Shown here piece by piece: positions 37,010-39,424 of a stretch of 39,424 bases of DNA. The stretch is from NCBI GenBank assembly GCA_000442015.1, contig KE560971.1:62001-101424 (forward strand). The letters run 5' to 3'. Position numbers and translations under genes: made by a program. A model generated the notes under the pieces. It was not told where the DNA came from. It ran no database searches and saw only the letters and a list, made by a program, of their open reading frames with translations. This DNA comes from Rozella allomycis CSF55 (taxonomy: Eukaryota). Numbering within the stretch: position 1 is the stretch's first letter; each line of letters starts with the position of its first letter.

Positions 37010-39424
37010 TTATAACATTCTATTATTAGATCGATACGATGCTTGATTGTTTAAGGTGGCATTACTTCGAAGTTGTACCGCACTAGATATCTGAGCTGAA
37101 TGTATTTGTCTAATCCAGTTTCTTCTCATTTTAGATTTCCGCCGATATATAATCAACATGACCATACCGGATAACGCAACAAGCATTACTGTTCCAGTAA
37201 TACTAGAACCCAAAACTATTTTCCCCATATTGTCCGATCCGTCGTCTGCCTTGCTTTGACCTGTATATAGTAATTATCAGAGAGTACCTGTAGCATAACC
37301 TTGGGAAATCGAAGTTTCCAGACTAGTACCATATGAAGAAGAACTAAACATGGATAATGAAGATGAGTAACCAAAAGATAATGTGTTCGTAGAGGACAGA
37401 GTTCGAATATTTCGAGTACTATAGAAAGTCTTGCTTTCTATGGTGCTGGACGTGGATAATGTTGCAGTACTATGAGACAGAAAACCATGCCTACTCTGAC
37501 TAAACTCAATATTAGTTTCATATTTTGTAATAGAATTACTTATAATTAAGGATGATGTAAATCCAAAATGGGACACAACCATTGTTGACGTAAAAGACTG
37601 CGATGAATTTAAAACTACAGTTCTTATTGACATTGATGCTAATGTATCTATAAATGATCTTATTATGGTTTCACTGCTTTCGACTGACCTTGTTATATCT
37701 TGAGTACTATCATATGCCTCTTGAGTGGTAAAGGTATTCACTGTTGATATGGAAGTTGACACAATACTAGTAGATACAACAAAATCACCAGAGGCGGAAA
37801 CATCAGTTAGTGTAGAGTCAATGGAAGGGCTTTCTTGTGAATTTTCGGCCGGAATTGTTGTTTCTATTGACAAAGAGGTAATTGAAGATGTTGTTTGAGC
37901 GTTATGTGCCGAGAGGTCAGTTGTAAGAGTGGTTTCTGTAGTAACAAATATTATTGAAGTAGAAATAAATGAAGTTTCTGTGGTTTCATCAGTAGTTAAA
38001 TCCGCTGTCGTTAAACCAGTCGATGTTAGGGCATCATTATTTAATGAAGTACTGGCAACAGCATTCGTTTCATATGTTGGGGAAAAAACTGTTCTAGTTC
38101 CTGCTAAGTTTCCAGTCTCTGAAACAATGGTTGATATCGCTTGGGAATTTACTGTAAGAAATGTGGTGTTTAAAACAATTGATTCTGTAGATCCTATGTT
38201 TATAATTGGAATTGCCAAGGAAGAAGCAGATGTATTAGGAATTGAGATACCTTTTGTTGAAATTGATATACATTACTTGCAGTAGAAATTGCGTTTGTTG
38301 AACCCATTGTGGTAGGGGTGATTGAAGACAAAAGTTCATTTGTTGATGATTGAGTAATGGTATCCAGACTCTTTGATGTAACCGATAAAAAGGATTGAGA
38401 AGATGTTGTTTGGTCTGATATACTGGAGGAATTCGGAGTTGTACCCGTCGATTGAACACCTATTGTGGATTTTGCTTGAGTAGATGACGTAGGAATAATA
38501 AATGTTGCAGTTGAACTTTCTGTTTGAACAATGAGTGATGTAGTTATCGATTGAACACTTGATAGTGATTGTATGGAAGATGCAGAAAAAAAAGATTTTT
38601 CACTACTTGATTCAACATTTGTTGCGATATCAATCGATGTTGCACTTGTTTTTGTTGATTGCGGAGTTGTGATTGTTTGAGCTATCAAAGGTGTGCTTGA
38701 TGTTAATTGATCTGTTATGCTTGGAAAATCAGTGAATATACTTGTCCATTGAACAGTTGTTGTAGTTTGAACCACTAATGTTGTTGTTGAACTTGGGGTC
38801 GGCTGCATTGAGGTATTTAGGGCAATGGATAACGTACTTGTAGGTTGAATAGTCAATGTTGTTTGAGAGGATAAAGAAGGAAATATCGTTGTTTCTCTAC
38901 TTGTAGACTGAAAAGAAGGCCCGGTTTCTTGAAAGATCGACGTTACATTTGTTTTAAAGGAAACTATTGAAGAGGGATCGGTAGTCGCGGTGTTTGTTGA
39001 CAAATATGTTGCTGCGTCGAAAACCAATGTTGTACTTTTTGTCTCTTCGACCGTTGAGGTAGTAAAAATGGTTGAAGTAGTCGTAGTTGTTTGAAGTGTT
39101 GTAGTCGTTGGAACGTTTGTAGTAGTAATGGCGGTTGCAGTACTCGTTGTTTGAATAGTTGAAGTTGTTTGAATGTTTGAAGTAGTAACAATGGTTGTAG
39201 TACTAGTTGTTTGAAGGAAAGACGTAGTAACATCCGACGCTATGCTTGTTGTTGTATGAACATTTGTAATAGGAACACTCGTAGTTGTGCCGCTCATTGT
39301 TTGAACACTTGAAGTTGCTTGAGTACTTGTACTAGTAATGAAGATTGTAGTAATCGTTGTTTGAAGTATTGTAGTTGTTGGAATGTTTGAAGTGGTAACA
39401 GTCGTTGGAGTACTAGTTGTTTGA
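37010..39424 (-). CDS. Second mucin-like type I membrane protein (3' part; start outside the window)
   Basis: S/T-rich ORFs joined by short introns near 38250-38275 and 37261-37287; TM IVLGSSITGTVMLVALSGMVMLII followed by RRKSKMRRNW. Confidence 0.8.
39060..39424 (-). repeat. Degenerate Thr-rich coding repeats (TTSNIQTTST / TTNVPTTTTLQTT)
   Basis: Recurring TACTAGTTGTTTGAA and TGTTTGAAGT units. Confidence 0.7.

Overview
Gene-dense, AT-rich eukaryotic nuclear DNA with about 20 protein-coding genes and the standard genetic code. Most genes are broken by tiny GT-AG introns (about 26-33 nt), so the ORF track shows them as fragments. Tiny introns, a CCDC40-like axonemal gene, a GH19 chitinase and microsporidia-like CCC motifs before start codons suggest a flagellated early-diverging fungal relative such as Rozella/Cryptomycota (inference only). 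Genes in order: CCDC40-like (partial), mitochondrial Lon, membrane hypothetical, repeat-containing hypothetical, coatomer alpha, secreted His-brace LPMO-like protein, sphingomyelin/IPC synthase-like, GH19 chitinase, orphan 7TM, secreted CDCA/beta-type carbonic anhydrase-like, HP1/Swi6, Gtr1/RagA, a box C/D snoRNA candidate, ornithine aminotransferase, mitochondrial hypothetical, CaMKK-like kinase, a small two-exon protein, secreted Ser/Gly-rich protein, eIF5B, WD40 protein, Doa10/MARCH6 and two tandem mucin-like type I membrane proteins. Six single-N junctions sit next to duplicated sequence and look like uncollapsed haplotypes or misplaced contigs. Main signals: length-defined splicing with frequent AAG acceptors, a CCCTDG start-proximal element, three GC-skew inversions around AT-rich cores, a hidden snoRNA and an intron-poor cluster of secreted/chitin-active genes. 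No CRISPR, tRNA, rRNA or mobile element was recognised.
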